Shown here: piece by piece, positions 1 to 13,400 of the stretch | Numbering within the stretch: position 1 is the first letter of the stretch | Layout: each line of letters starts with the position of its first letter | Source of the DNA: Raillietiella orientalis | Taxonomy: Eukaryota | Direction: 5' to 3' | Assembly (NCBI GenBank): GCA_036172245.1 | Contig: JAYWIR010000036.1 | Span: 806,001 to 870,000, forward strand | DNA length: 64,000 nucleotides | Program-made: the position numbers and the translations under genes | The notes under the pieces: generated by a model | What the model was told of the DNA's origin: nothing | Seen by the model: the letters and a program-made list of their open reading frames with translations, nothing else | Database searches by the model: none

Positions 1-495
1 TTACCCACTCTCGGGTGTCCAAGAACTGCGAAGACAGAAAAGAAGGATTTCCATCATTCTAGGCCAATAGTAACCCAGAAGGGAAGCTTTCGAAATTCAG
101 AAGGGCGTCTCCCCTAAGGGAACGTAACTCTTCTCTGCATTCTGGAGTTAACACACCTACTCCAGGGTACGAGACGGACGGTGCTCCCCGAAGGGAGGAA
201 GGGGGGGAGGTTCCGTTCCTTTGCACAACAGGAGGGGTAGTTACACACTCCTTGATTGTTTCCTGGAAGGATCCTGCTGGGTCGACTCCCAATCCCGGCC
301 ACTCATCGGGGGCATCCGGTTTTAACCTCTACCAATGCCGCACCCGGATGAATGTAGGCCAACCAGCGTCATCTTGCAGGGTGAATTCCGTAACCCCACG
401 ACGCACTGAGTCGATTCTTTCGGAGTATTCGAACCCACGACGCATGGTGCGACGCACGGAGACCACCGTAACCACACGGCCTCCGACGCGGGATC
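1..495 (-). mobile_element. Decayed LINE fragment, extra C-terminal domain of 'family X' (continues beyond window start)
   Basis: Collinear DNA similarity to 57200-57575 (tcctggaagga, ccaatcccggcca.tca.cgg.gg.atccggt, ggccaaccag, ttcgaaccca). Minus-frame peptides VGGR..S.R.T..GFE and HW*..PD...WPGL..D..GSFQ are shared; stops and frameshifts present. Confidence 0.65.
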
Positions 496-1456
496 TCTCA
501 ATGCCCATCGACGCTTGCTTCCTTGCACTCTCTGGAGAGGCGGGGACTCGGAGAGTCCCCCTGCAACAGGGAGGGGGGGGTCCGCTCCTTTAAACAACTG
601 GAGAGGATTTGTTCGAACCTAAGCTCCAGGATTTTTCCAGGGAGCCGCCGCTGCTGCTGCTGCTGGCTCCCTGCTTGCAGCCTTCTGTCGCGGTCCGTAC
701 GAAATCACCGCATGTTGCTGTGATTTCGCAGCATCGTGGTTGCTTGTTTTGGGCATCGCGAGCCTCAGCGCGGCCTGCTTTCTCTGTCACCTGGAAATTC
801 CGGCCAGCTTAATGACATGGTACCCCAAGATAAACTGTGCGTTCCTCAAAACAAACTGAACCTTCAATTTTCCGACGAGCAGCGGCAGTCATTACCTCGG
901 TCGGTGCGTTTGCTGAACGCTGATTCTCATTGGAAATGGTAAACTCTGTTCGGATCAGCTATACATCCAGACAGGAGGAATCTGTGCTCCACGTGGAAGG
1001 ACCCAGTGCACTTTCTGTTTCCCATGTTATCAGATTAACATGCCTGTGCTATGGGCGGAATTATGCAGTAATAGGTCCTGATTCTCCGGAAAGGTGCATG
1101 CCCGACCTCTTGCTTAGGTTTCGGGTGCTTCCTCCTCTTTATCGAAGTTAAGTTGGCTTCAGGAAGAATTCCTTCATTTCTGGATTGCACCTTCACCAAT
1201 GACGAGAAAATGCTACCGCAGAAATGCCTAGAGCTCGGTTTCTGCGATTGCATTTTATGCATACCTCTGTGCTATGTGCTTCCCCCCCCCCATTCGTATG
1301 TCAGATAGTGTCCCGTTTTCCTTTTTCATCAGCGCGCTGTTCTCCGTTCTGCTAGGGGCACAAGACGATGTTTCCGACGCCTATATCACGACAGTTAGAT
1401 TGAGACATAGAAAGCACTTGTGGAATGTTAATAGTAGTCTGTGTGTAGATCACGCG

Positions 1457-1497
<41 letters not shown>

Positions 1498-1504
1498 GTA
1501 GCAT

Positions 1505-4500
1505 ATGATAGGAAATCACGAAGGTATCATCCATACACAAATACAGGCTCTAAAGACGAATAGCAAAAAAGATGTGTGTTTTGAAAGTTCCTTCGAAGAC
1601 TTTAAGGGTACTTAGAAGCAACTTCTGTGGACCAGATGCCTACAGTAGATGCGTGAAATAGAGAAATCACGGATCGATAACCTTGGAATGGTAAATACGG
1701 CGCTATTAAATGCAATCATTGAGAAACAAATACTTCGTTGCCTGGGTAGAGTAAGAATCGAAGGTGCATCTTCGCACGAAGAGCAGTGCGGGTCGGTTCC
1801 AGTGGTTGATCGTTCATAACAAACATGTGCTGAGAGAGACGTTTCTCCAGACCAAGTTCCACTTTTTATAGTATGTGTACAGCCAAAGCGTGTTCCACTA
1901 TTCCATTGATAGCAACGAGGCTTCGACAGGCCATAGCACTAACATTGGTATTTCCTGTCAGGCGGTCATGGTGTTCTTATAATGTGGTATTTGCATCCGA
2001 TTCATATGCGATTCATTCCAGATAGAGTAACAAACTTAGATTAAAGGTACTTTGTTTGTTTGTTTATGTGTGTGTGCGTGTGTGTTTTACAAATTAATGG
2101 AAATAATAAGTGTACAAACTGTTCTTCCTTTAAGCTATAATTCGTCCTCCCAAATTGATCTGCAACCCTTCATTGGTCAATAGAATTTCGAGGATAGAAA
2201 CACCCCATATTAATGAAGAAAAGGCAAAAGAATCCTTGAATAATTTGGCAAGCAATTGCTGTGACAGGATTCTTACTTCACAGTACGTCATTAATGCTAT
2301 AGAAGAATGCCACTCTTACACTGTAAGGATGCTACAACAAAATTCAATACTTCGGTCCAGTACTCTTTAGAATCCTTCGCAGAGATGAGAGAAGCTAGAT
2401 GGAATTTCGAACCTAGCAAAGAAAAAGAGCGAGTGATTTCTAAAAATCTGACGTCACCTTGGGACGTGAAAAAAATTCCGTTGTATTTGTTCCAGGTGAG
2501 AGACTAACTGTAATTCAGTGGTTCCCGCAATTTCCGTGTGGAGCAAAGCAATGGGTCAGCTAAGATTCACGCTTGGCTTTAACTATCGAATGTGTACACG
2601 AAGGAACTCTTGCTAGTTTCACCCTTCTTCACAACTAAGCACGTGGCATCATCACATGGGCCACCGGCGTCCCTTAATTTTCGGAATTGATTTCTCTCCC
2701 CTGAATTTTTCGTTTCCTTTTCCCTTCCCCGTTCGCTTGATTTCATCATCGTCAGCAGGAAGCCCACCATTCCAAATTTTCATTGATCCGCGAACTGACA
2801 CGCAAAGTACTCCCACTAATTTACCCCCTGTCCTTTGAAACCAAGAAATCGGCGACTTTTGTCAAACGTTGCCAGGCGTGGTCTCCTAATACGAAGTTTT
2901 TTTATGAGGTTGATGCGGATGAAGTAAAATGATAACGGTAGATAAGGGCAGTTGGAACCATCGTTCCATTCTCTTAGAATGCCAGCGCGCTGCGTACTCT
3001 CCTGTAAATGCGATTCGGAGGAAGCAAGAACAAGAACAAGCTCAAGGATGCCTCCAGGCAATGCCCCTTAAATTTTTCTGGTTCGCGTTTGCCTCCCGCT
3101 AGTGGCTCGCCTTTCCAGATTCGTCAAAGGAAAGAACAAAAAATAAATGACCGCTTGATATCATCGACTGATACCCATTTCTGGTATTTTTACAGCATGC
3201 CTCGCATCTCGTTTTGGGTTCTTTGTTCTGATCTCTCATCATTCCGCTGGTGCACCATCCATTCGCCTCCTGAATTTGGTTCACACACACACACACACAG
3301 CATGACAATAAGACGAAGCGGAGGAACAACGCCGCTTTTACTTGCAAGACCTGTTATCGGGGGCTGTGTCCCAGAAACACATCTCTGACACAGGTCGTCC
3401 GTCTATTCAGTGAAGCACGTTGCGTGGTCTATAGACGGTGGGAGGCCCCAAAACAAAAATCCTAGGTGGTCATTCGACCTAACCGTCACTGGTTCTTGAA
3501 ATCTTCTTTTGAGCTGGAACTGTTAGCAAGTGGTTTGCCTCTCCGGTCCACATGGGGCGGAAGTGGGATAGGCTCGTTCGCGCCTGCTTTTGCATTTCGC
3601 CCGAATTTTTCTTAAAAGACGGAGTATAGCAACGGAGAAATGACCCGGAAGAGCAGGAGGCCAAGATTTTGAAGGAATCATTGGATCGTAATGCAGGCGT
3701 ACGCTTCTCGTTAGGAGTCATGCTTGCTTGTGCTAATGAACGCATTCTCAAGCGGAAACGTGACCACTGCATCCACACCAGTCCCCTTATGGTATGAATT
3801 CCTTTTTTGCAGCACGAGGGTTGTAGGGAGGAATGCCATAACGAGGAAGGGAAACGATCAATCGAGGTACGATTCAGATGGTGGGGTGTACGTGGTGGTT
3901 ACCCTACTTATAATTTTCCACGCTCCAAGCCGTTCTCAGTCCTTAGTAAACATGAGCACGGGCAGTATCCTGATCGAAGACGGAAATTCAGGTGGGATCA
4001 CTACCAGAAAACGCGAGGAGGAAAGTGCGCAGCATGTGGGCCATAGGAAAGAAGAACGGGGAGTAACCGACAGCAATCCACAGAATGCAACTGATCAAGA
4101 AACGGAAGAAGTCTGGTCCATACTGCAGACTAAGAGCCATGCACTGACAAAAACACGCGCTTTCTGTGTGCGATGCTTAGAAGGCTGTTGCAGTAGGTTG
4201 CCGAGGAAGCCCGAAAGTAGGAAAGAGCGCATTTGCCTCTAGGCGTTCACCGCACACCTTCTTCTCACTCTCTTGTTCCTCAAATTCCTTGTACTCCAAC
4301 AGAAGGCTTCGAAAGCACCAACATAGAGGAAATGGTTTGATACAGTTCCTTAAAAGTATCTTATTGCCTCATTTCTCGTCTGTGCTTCTGGGAAGAGACA
4401 TTTGGTAAAGCGATCTCTCTGGAGCGAATGGTTCTCCTGATCTTGGACTTCGTGTGCCCTTATCATTCTACCTCGGAAATTTCTACCTTTCTTCCAGTCT

Positions 4501-7397
4501 AGGGGAGGAATTCATGTTTTCTTGGTAACCGTCTCTGGAAGAAAAGGAAAAAAAATTACGAGCCTCTGATTTTTTAGTCGAAGTTGAAACGGTGTTGGGT
4601 CCAAGGAGATCTCGGAGATTGAAAGGCTTAATGAAAAATTGGTATCGATCCACAAGTTACGTTCTCGTGCCATCATCACCTTGGAAACAACAAGAGTAAA
4701 TTCAGAGACTCTTTAATGATTGCTCTGCTATCGATTTCAAATTTTTTCCTAAAAAACCAACCAGGGTGCAGATCCCATTCGAATTGGATCGCAAGACAGT
4801 CGGAAGTCCCTCGCTTGCGTTTTCACTTCTCTTCAGATCATTTCGGAAACTCTCAATAGCAGTAATTAACCAATTAAGAAGAGAGCTTCTAGTTGAATAT
4901 GCCTGCCGTGCTACTGTTGCTCTTTGGTGTGATACACAGGGATTTTTTTTTTCTTATCCAGAGTAAATAGTTCTAGAATGCTTCGTCGTATCACGGCCCA
5001 GTAAGTCTCTATGGCAACTCTTTCACATCAGAGCCGAAGCATGGCTGTTGATGTTCCCTCCGATTTGTTCTTGCAGACTTTGATGGCTCAGGGTCATTTC
5101 GAGATTCGTTCTGCGTTGCATGAATGGTTCGTGTTCCCTCTGGTACGAGTTCCATTTCAGCGTAGCTGCTGGACCAAAGTTCGCTTTCTATTATCTGATA
5201 AGTGTTTCCGGGAGAAAGAAGGCAGGAATTCCAAACTCGTGAAGCAGCACGCAACCTTCCGTCTTGAAACGCTGTGCCACCTTCCTTTTTCATGAATGGG
5301 GGGGGGGCGCATCCCACGTGCAGCGGTGAATTGGTGTGCGCAGTCATCCACTACCATTCCAGCATTTGCCTTTTTTTTTTTTCTTCCTGTTTTTCTTTCA
5401 GCAGCCGCTTTCGCGTTATCACATTTTGTGCTCGATGAACTCCGTGCCGTGGATCGACTTTACGTCGAAAAGAGGTGTAGATTTCTTGTAATTAGTGTCC
5501 TGTGACCTCGAGCGTACAGGGTAAGGGACCACAGGAAACCGAGAGACCGGAGACCACTTCATTTTCCCATCGTTGCTGATTTCAGCAAAATCCCGAACTT
5601 GATTTGCAAAAGGGTCGCTGCCAAGCACGAAGGTAGAACTGAAGATCCGATTTTATTTCAACTTCAGTGGTTGCATTTCTTGCTTATCAGCTGGATAAAA
5701 TGGTGATTAAGAGCAAATTCATTTTTGTCCTACTCATCTCTCTTTGGTTACTGATGACAGTCGCTGTTTGCTCCGCGTTACTGTCAATTGGACAGAGTGC
5801 TAATTCGTGGTTATAGTACCAGTTATTGATTCCTCTTGTACTCCTAATGCTGCTAACGAAAACAGAACGAATTTACTCTCTGGAATGGATTCTTTACCCG
5901 AACTGCTAAACGCAATATTTCTGCAACTGTGGGAGCAGTCTGGTAAATTCTAGAAGAACTTTCATATGGCCTCAGCTTAACGTTTTCTTCGCGGGAATCC
6001 TCCATGGTCGTTCAGTTCCCTCTTTCACATAGGTTTTCGTACTGGTTAGAAGCAAATAGCCGTGATGCTGTAGCCAAAAAGAAAGATCGATTCCATTATT
6101 TATCACGAATGCAATAAGGCAGCAGCATCGAGTAGAAAAGATTAGAAATGATTCCCTTTTTTAATCAACATGGAGAGTGGGAAGAAGTGATTACCTGTGT
6201 GATAACTGCTTAGGTGCTGCATGTATGTAAGTCATTGGAAAAGGAGCGCATGCTGCGAGTTTCAACTGGAGCAGAGATCACCGCGTTATCTCGGTCATTC
6301 AGGATGAGTTTTCCGAAGGCATTTTTTTTTTTCCTTCCTCTCTGAGCAGTTTTCTTCCTTGCTCCGCGCACGCTACGAACTGCTGCTTCTTTTTATTGTT
6401 TCTGAGAAAAAAGAAGAAAACGTTAGGTCAATTTAAGATTTCAGCACTTTTACATGAAAAAAGTAAGTTTCACATTATTGGGGGGGGGAAGGGAACTTCA
6501 CCGTTTACTTTTTTTTTTTTTTTTCGTACTATTTGAACAGACCTCTGAGGATTTTCCAGTTTCTGTTTGGTGATCCTTTTAACCATGTGTTCATTTTGAT
6601 TACCCTTCTCAGCAGCTACTTCTAAAATGAAAACCAGCATTTGAGTCATTAGTCATAGTTCCTCTAAGGGCCTCGCCATTTTGTTGTTTTTCCATCTGAC
6701 AAATCTCAGCGTTCAAATTTCGGGAGACTCCAGATCTTAGTCACGGACGAGCATATGTAATTGGGGAGTACGCGAATACTTTGCGATCACACAGTGGACC
6801 AAAACAGTCTTTTCCCATGTGTGTTCGATGTTTCGTTTTCCCATGCGTTCTGTCAGTGTTTTCCCCGTGTCTTCTCGTTCATTCTTCATTTTGCTGCCAC
6901 TTTTCCCGAAGAACGGAAGGGCGCGGAACGCCCCGCACGCACAAGACGTGCCCAATTGTGCACGTTGTGCCGGGATGGAAACACATCGGCTCTGGATGTT
7001 TGGGGATCTCGAAACTGGAGTCTCACGTTCGACGTTTGTCTGATCTCGTGAGCTGCACGGAGGTTCCGTTCAGGAACGCTTCGTGAGCACCAAGTGGAAC
7101 AGTTCCACCTTGCATCAGAATGCTTGAAAACACGCAACCCCGCCTGCCTGACAGAGTAAATTTGGATGCAGCTTCCGAAGAAGAAAAACTGACTGGGCAG
7201 CACCATATTCGTGAACCTCTACACTGGGCGCGATAAGATAAATTCAGAATCGCGGATCGGGTCCAAGAGAGAAGCTGGTGGTAGAAGGGTGGTGTTTCAT
7301 GCGATGAAGGGAAAATGTGAAAACGTTGGAAAGTGAGCTGTTCAGAGGATGAAAAAAAATCCGAGATTTGTTTATCGTATTTGTTTACGGCCAGATG

Positions 7398-7428
<31 letters not shown>

Positions 7429-10400
7429 TCGATAGTGAAGTCGAAAAGATCCGAAACATATTGCCGCGGGCTGAAATCTTTCTTGGAATTGTAGAATGCT
7501 ATTGAGCATCAGAAGGAGTTTCTTTTAAGAAAAAAAAAAAAATCAGCGTCTGAAATCCTGAGAAAATTTTCCGAGTTCTTTGTTCATGGTCAATAGATCT
7601 TACCTTGCTTTACCGAGCGCCTGGCAGCTTGCTAATTGGTTGTGAGGTGAGCGCCAAGTGCGAAATCCAGAAGAAGATGAAAGCTTCGGTTTGGAAAGAA
7701 CGATCCCGCAAATAACTGCCGGTCCAGTCGTAGACAGATAGGAAAAAGAAAAAGTCGACACCAATGTTTACACGAGGAACTGTGTTTGGTGCAAATGTCG
7801 CGTGGCGCTTCGTATGCCGTTTGCTCCTCTGTTCCCATTCCAAGATCGCCGCGGTTGAAGAGGCAAAATGTAAGACTGGGTAACCATCCGGAGAACGCAG
7901 GCTTCGGGAGGAAATCGGGCTGCTCATTTCAAGGAACCAAGAATGATGCAAAATGGCAAAAAGTAATGGAAGGATGATGTTTCCAAGACAAGGTGATAAC
8001 TTCGAATCAGGGCGTTGCTGTTGCCTCACGAGGCAGCCGGCCCTCCCGCCTTCATGAAGAAGCGCTGTGGCCTTTCAGAGGTGGCGTCGACGGAATCCTT
8101 TTTCATATTCCGTCGCTGATGAGATTTGAAAATTGAATGTTCTTTGAAGTGACTATAGGTTTGCGTAGGAGGGCCTGGCTGCGTTTGGAACCACACCTTT
8201 CGCACGATTACAAAATTGGGCACGTGGTGGCCATTTCATTTCCCTGGATATTTCCATTTTTCTTTTTGCCCCTGAAGTAGGGAACGGAATTTCTGCTTGG
8301 TGATTTTGCTGTGGGTGAAGCTCCATTCATTTACGGGCAACGGAAATTCATCGCGATGACTGTCGGAGTCGCCGTGATGAAAACTTGCCCCGGGCGCTGC
8401 ACATCCCAGGAATCATCCTGGTCGTTCTGAAGGATGGCTCCTGTAATGCTACCGTTCCATTCTTTGCCTTGCTCTTGCTTTCATCGGTCACATTTCCGGT
8501 CACCAATGATGCTAATAAGCTTCTCGCTGCGGGAAATGTGACTCTCAAAGGAGAGCAGCTCTTCCTGAATGTCTTTTTGACCTGTACGAAACCGCCGTCT
8601 TTGCACACCGTTCCGTGTTTTGTTTTGTTTTTTCCAAGTTTTCTTTCGAAAGTCTCATTTCGCTTTTGTTTTCAGGATAAATCGGAGACATTTGAGATTC
8701 CAGATTCATCTTTTGTGATGGTGTGTAATAAATGTAAGGGGAATGGCTGGTACACCTGCCCCAACTGCTCCCACACAATGAAAGTAAGCACTTTGAAATC
8801 TTCATATCTCTTTTAACGAATGGACTGGATTCATTGCGAAAATGCTTTACGGGTAATGTGATCGTGCGAATCTTCATGGATTAATCTTCATGGATGCTGG
8901 CTTCCTTCCTTCCTTGTATGTAAATTTGAAAAGAAGAAACCAAAATCCATTTCCCTTGTCAATTGAGCTTTTTTCTTTTTTAAAAGAAAGAAAAGAAAAA
9001 GAAACAGCTCTGCAAACTTTAAAATTAGCCTCGCAGGGTTCTTTGGCATATGCTGTGCCTCCCGGTGCGTCTATTTACAGTATCCGTTCTTGAAATGCAT
9101 CTAATAAACGGCATGAGAATCCTGACTCAGTGCGCGAGCAGTCCACATCGCTTCTTGTCCTCCTGAAGCAGATGTTTCGTGTTGCATCGTGATCTGTCGT
9201 CTAATCCGACGCATCCCTGTGCACCCTCCCTGTGAAGACCTCGCCTTGCCAAATCTGTACGGATCTTGTAGCACCGTCCGCGTTGTGTGCACATCCATTT
9301 CTTTATTTCCTCTTCATCTGGATTCGATGACTTGTGCGTTGCACAGAGCAAAGCGGAAAGAACTTGGAGGATGTGCACACTCCAAGCTCTCTCTCCTTTG
9401 CGTGCTTGAAACTCGAAGCTTTCAACACGTGCGGAGGCGAAGAGGAGTCGGTCAGTTTCGCTCAGGTACATCTTTGCGTACATCGTTAACGTGCTCGCTG
9501 TTTTATGTCGGGGAAAAGGGTGAGTCGTTTATCCATCCACCTTTGACTGAGGGTGCCGCTTCGTAAGCGGAGGTCACTGATTTTGATTGCGGTGCACGCA
9601 AGTCTGAACTCACGTGGACTGCCGCTTCCTTAACGGGGGGTTCGCGTCCCCGAACTCCGGTTCGTTCCCAGGGTTTTCCCTGATCCCTTAGCAACGCACA
9701 ACGCTCTCCGGCTTTGCATTTGCCTGCTCGACTTGGCTTCCTCGCGGATTCTGTGGTCCATTGAATTCAGCATATTCTGTTGGAAATTCGGTTTTCCGCT
9801 GTCAGCTAACGGAGTTTCAAAACGACGTTCATGCAGCGATCGGAGTGCGGAACCAGTGGCGAACAAGTTCATCCTTGGGCACGGTTTTGGAAGCAGGGAA
9901 CCAGTCTCTCTCGTGAAGTGACCTTCCCCGTGTGTTTGGCCTGAAAGTTCTCTTCTCAAAGCCGGATTTTCGTAGAGCCGTTTCGACCTACAAACTCACC
10001 CTCTAACCTCCCCCCCCCCGGGTTTGGGTTGCTGGGCTTGCTGACTCCACGGGCCACTGCTTAGGGAAGGTTTCAGGTTGAAAACGCGGTGCGACACGTA
10101 GAGGGCGTTCTCAGCACGGAACACATGGGTGATCGGATGGGAACGCGATGTACGTCTTCAGCACAACATGAAAGGCGGACCTCCTGAATCTGCGTGTTTG
10201 CTTCTCGGCGATTCCTCGAATCTCAGCGTGAGCGTGCAGTGTTTTTCGAGTGCGAGCAAAGTAAGGCACCAAGGATTCCAAGAACACAAAACCTGCATCT
10301 GACAGTTATTTTTGGGAGATTTCCGGAACGCAGCATCTGAAAGCATCATTCGCGTTTTCTCTTATTGAAAGTGTGCTCAAATTGGGGGGCTTTTTCCCTA

Positions 10401-13400
10401 TGTGTCCCTACATAGTCGTGTGCAACAGGCTTCTGCTTTCGTAGACGTAATTTCTTGACCTTAAGGATGTAAAAGTTTTCCCATAGACTTCATCTTCTAC
10501 ACAGAAGTGTAGCCCGGCAGCATGAACTGCTTGCACATTGCCCTTTTGCGTTCTCAGGAAAAGAATAAACAAACAAACAACACACAGCTCCCATTTTTAC
10601 AGCCTTCTGTCCGCGTGTTCACCATTCAAGTTTTTGTAGAAGCTGCTGCCGATTTTGATTTTTGGTGCTGATGTAATTTTGACGTGCGAATCGGTACTGA
10701 TCGAAAAGCAGTCGAATACTTCGTGGGAACGTTGCCCGCGAGAAAATATGGGCAGAGCTCGTATTTCGGCGAGTCCCACTGGGCAAATAGGGAGTAGCGA
10801 GCGCAATAGGAAGCTACCGTTTTCCCAATGACTCCCGGCCCTTGATGCTTGCGGACACCAGCATTGTGTGTGAGCTCTCTTCCTGTGTTTTCCTACTTTC
10901 GTCGGTGCCAAGCGATCAGGAAGACATGCGGTGTGTTTCCACTCACCCGGGAGCTTGGAAACCAAGCCAGGAGGATTCGGATGCCGTGGCAATTTCATCT
11001 CCGAGGCGGGCCTCTAAGGGAGCATCATCTATGCATCCGTTCCTCCATGTTTGTGTCAATCTCAGTGGGGAAAAAAAAATTCAGCTCCCCGGCCCAGGAA
11101 ATTGGGCTAGCGTTCGAGATGCTGCGAACGGAGGACTTTTCTATTGTTTGGTCTTGGTTGAGTCCCTTTCCCGGCCTCAGCGGTCTTCAGCTGATCTTCC
11201 TCTTTAGATGAAGAACGGCTCCAGACATGGAACTCGGATCTCAGGTTGCTCAGGAGGAACGTATCGCGAAGCGTGCTGGGGAAACGCGGGAAGAGAAACG
11301 AAAATTCCCTTTGTGATTCCTCTTCGGCGCGTAGGGAGATCTTTTCGCGGACGCCCGGGAGATTTCAGTCTGTCAACGTATCAAAAAGTACGAGTGGGAT
11401 CCTAACCTCCGGTAAGCTAAGTGATAGCAATTATCCCGCAGCGTCTCTCTGAACGCGGATAACGCGGAAAGCTTCCTGCGTGTTTTCCTTGTTTTGTTTT
11501 GTTTTTTTGTGTGTGTTTCTTCTTCTTCTTTTTCTTCTTCTTTTACTGCATTGACTGAATTTGCAGAGTGACTGTACCATGCCTGATCCACTGTCTCCAA
11601 GAACCGAGTTTTGCCAGAACTGTTTAGGGAGTTTCCGGGTGACGTGTTACCAGTGTAGAGCTTCCGGTATGCTTCGATTCTTCATCGAAATGCGAATAAC
11701 ATGGTAATTATTTCATGCCTCTTTATGTCTTGCAAAATTGATGTTTTTGAAAACTCGAAATGGACGGCTTTAAAGAGGTAATAACAATAATAGCAATGAT
11801 GATAATAAGGAGGGACAAATTAATTCTAAATTGAAAAACGGGTTGTTGGCAGTTGGTAAGATCCCAAGCGGTAACCGCGGCGGGTAGAAGTGACACACTG
11901 GGAAGGTTTGTATCCGTTTCCGTTCTCATGGTAAGTTGGTGGTGGTAGACAAATCGACCGCTGGCCGATAGGCTTTTTCCTCCCCAAGGTAAGTTTTCTG
12001 CCACAGAATTCACTGTATGTTGTGGCTGATTTCAAGTTCAGCAAAGCAGAATGTGCACCGGCCTACTGAACTTCCAAGACTCTTTCGTGTTGCAGGACCA
12101 CCCACAGTGAGTATCAGAAATTCGAGAAGAACGTAATCCCAGACCACATCCAGAGGACAGTTCTATACGATTTGATATACGAGGAGAAGGCGTCTCAAGT
12201 GTGGCCATTAAGTAACTTTCCGGAGTCCACGATAAGGCTGAGCAGCATCCAGAAAATACAGAAACACATGGTCGCCTTTCCCAACGAAAGGATCATAATG
12301 CAGGTAAGGCAATCTGTCGAATGAAGGTGGAATGAATGCAGCAAAGCTGAAAAATAAGGATGTAGGCAGAAGCGAGAAAGAAAAACAAAAAATGAAATGA
12401 AAAAAATCAGCGGGTAGACTTCACTCTCGGTTCTCAAAAGTAAAACGAATCGCCATTTTTCCGTGGTCCAACGCGTTTACCGCTTGCTTGCTTGCGACCT
12501 TGCCGGTTCTTCGCGAGCTTCCGCAATGCTGCTGTGGCTTCAGACCGTTACTTCTTATTAGAGGTTGATTTCTTCCACTCCCCAGCACCGGAAAGGCATC
12601 CTTCTCTCTCGAAGCACACGCAACTGTGCTCGCTAAACGTGGAGGCTGGATGAATCGCACCGAGATGTAGCATCTGGTAGTTCCTCCGATGAAAGCATAG
12701 CTTGCGTGCAGCAGCATGTTTTTTTTTTTTTTTTTTGTTTGTTTGTTTCTTTGACTGCATCGTGCCGGAGAAGAAGAAAAAAAAAAAAAAATCGAAGTGT
12801 AGCTACGTAGGCTCGTAATTTGTCATCCACCTCATAACGGATTGTAGGCGTTCCGTAGGTCCACTTTTTATGTTGTTACCCGTGCCTCCCGACAATCTGG
12901 GAAAATGAATCTGGGTTGTCCACACAGCTTGGTGGTAGATCGAGTCGCGCGTGACATCCGTTCTTGTGTGTGCCAAAAGCTGCTTTGGCATCTTTTCTTT
13001 CACTATAGAAAAAAAAAACTGCGCGAGGTATGCTCGGAAAGAAGAATCCAGAATTCATCCAAGTTGGCCCTATGAAACTGCAACAGTGCACGGAATTTGC
13101 ATCAGTTGAACTTGAATTTCTTTCCAAGCATCTGAAACAAACTCAAACACAGTTGTTAAGTCAACTAGGAGTTCTTTGTTGGTGACCACTTTCATCTTCA
13201 GATCTCTGATTTTTTGCCGATGGAGATGGTTTCTGAAGCATTCACTGTTCTATTAAATGATACAAATTATACGAACTACCCTCGGAAAAAGATGCGCGTG
13301 TCTTTTCGAAAACACAGCATCTACGTACACTGGGATCGGATTTGAGCTTCCCAAGGGAGTGATATTCCTTCCCACCCCCCACCCCCTCCGACCCTGATCA

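Noticed and set aside
8116..8145. CTGATGA..GAAA hammerhead-like core (also a partial one at ~61295)
   Set aside because: Stems I and III and the NUH cleavage site cannot be formed.
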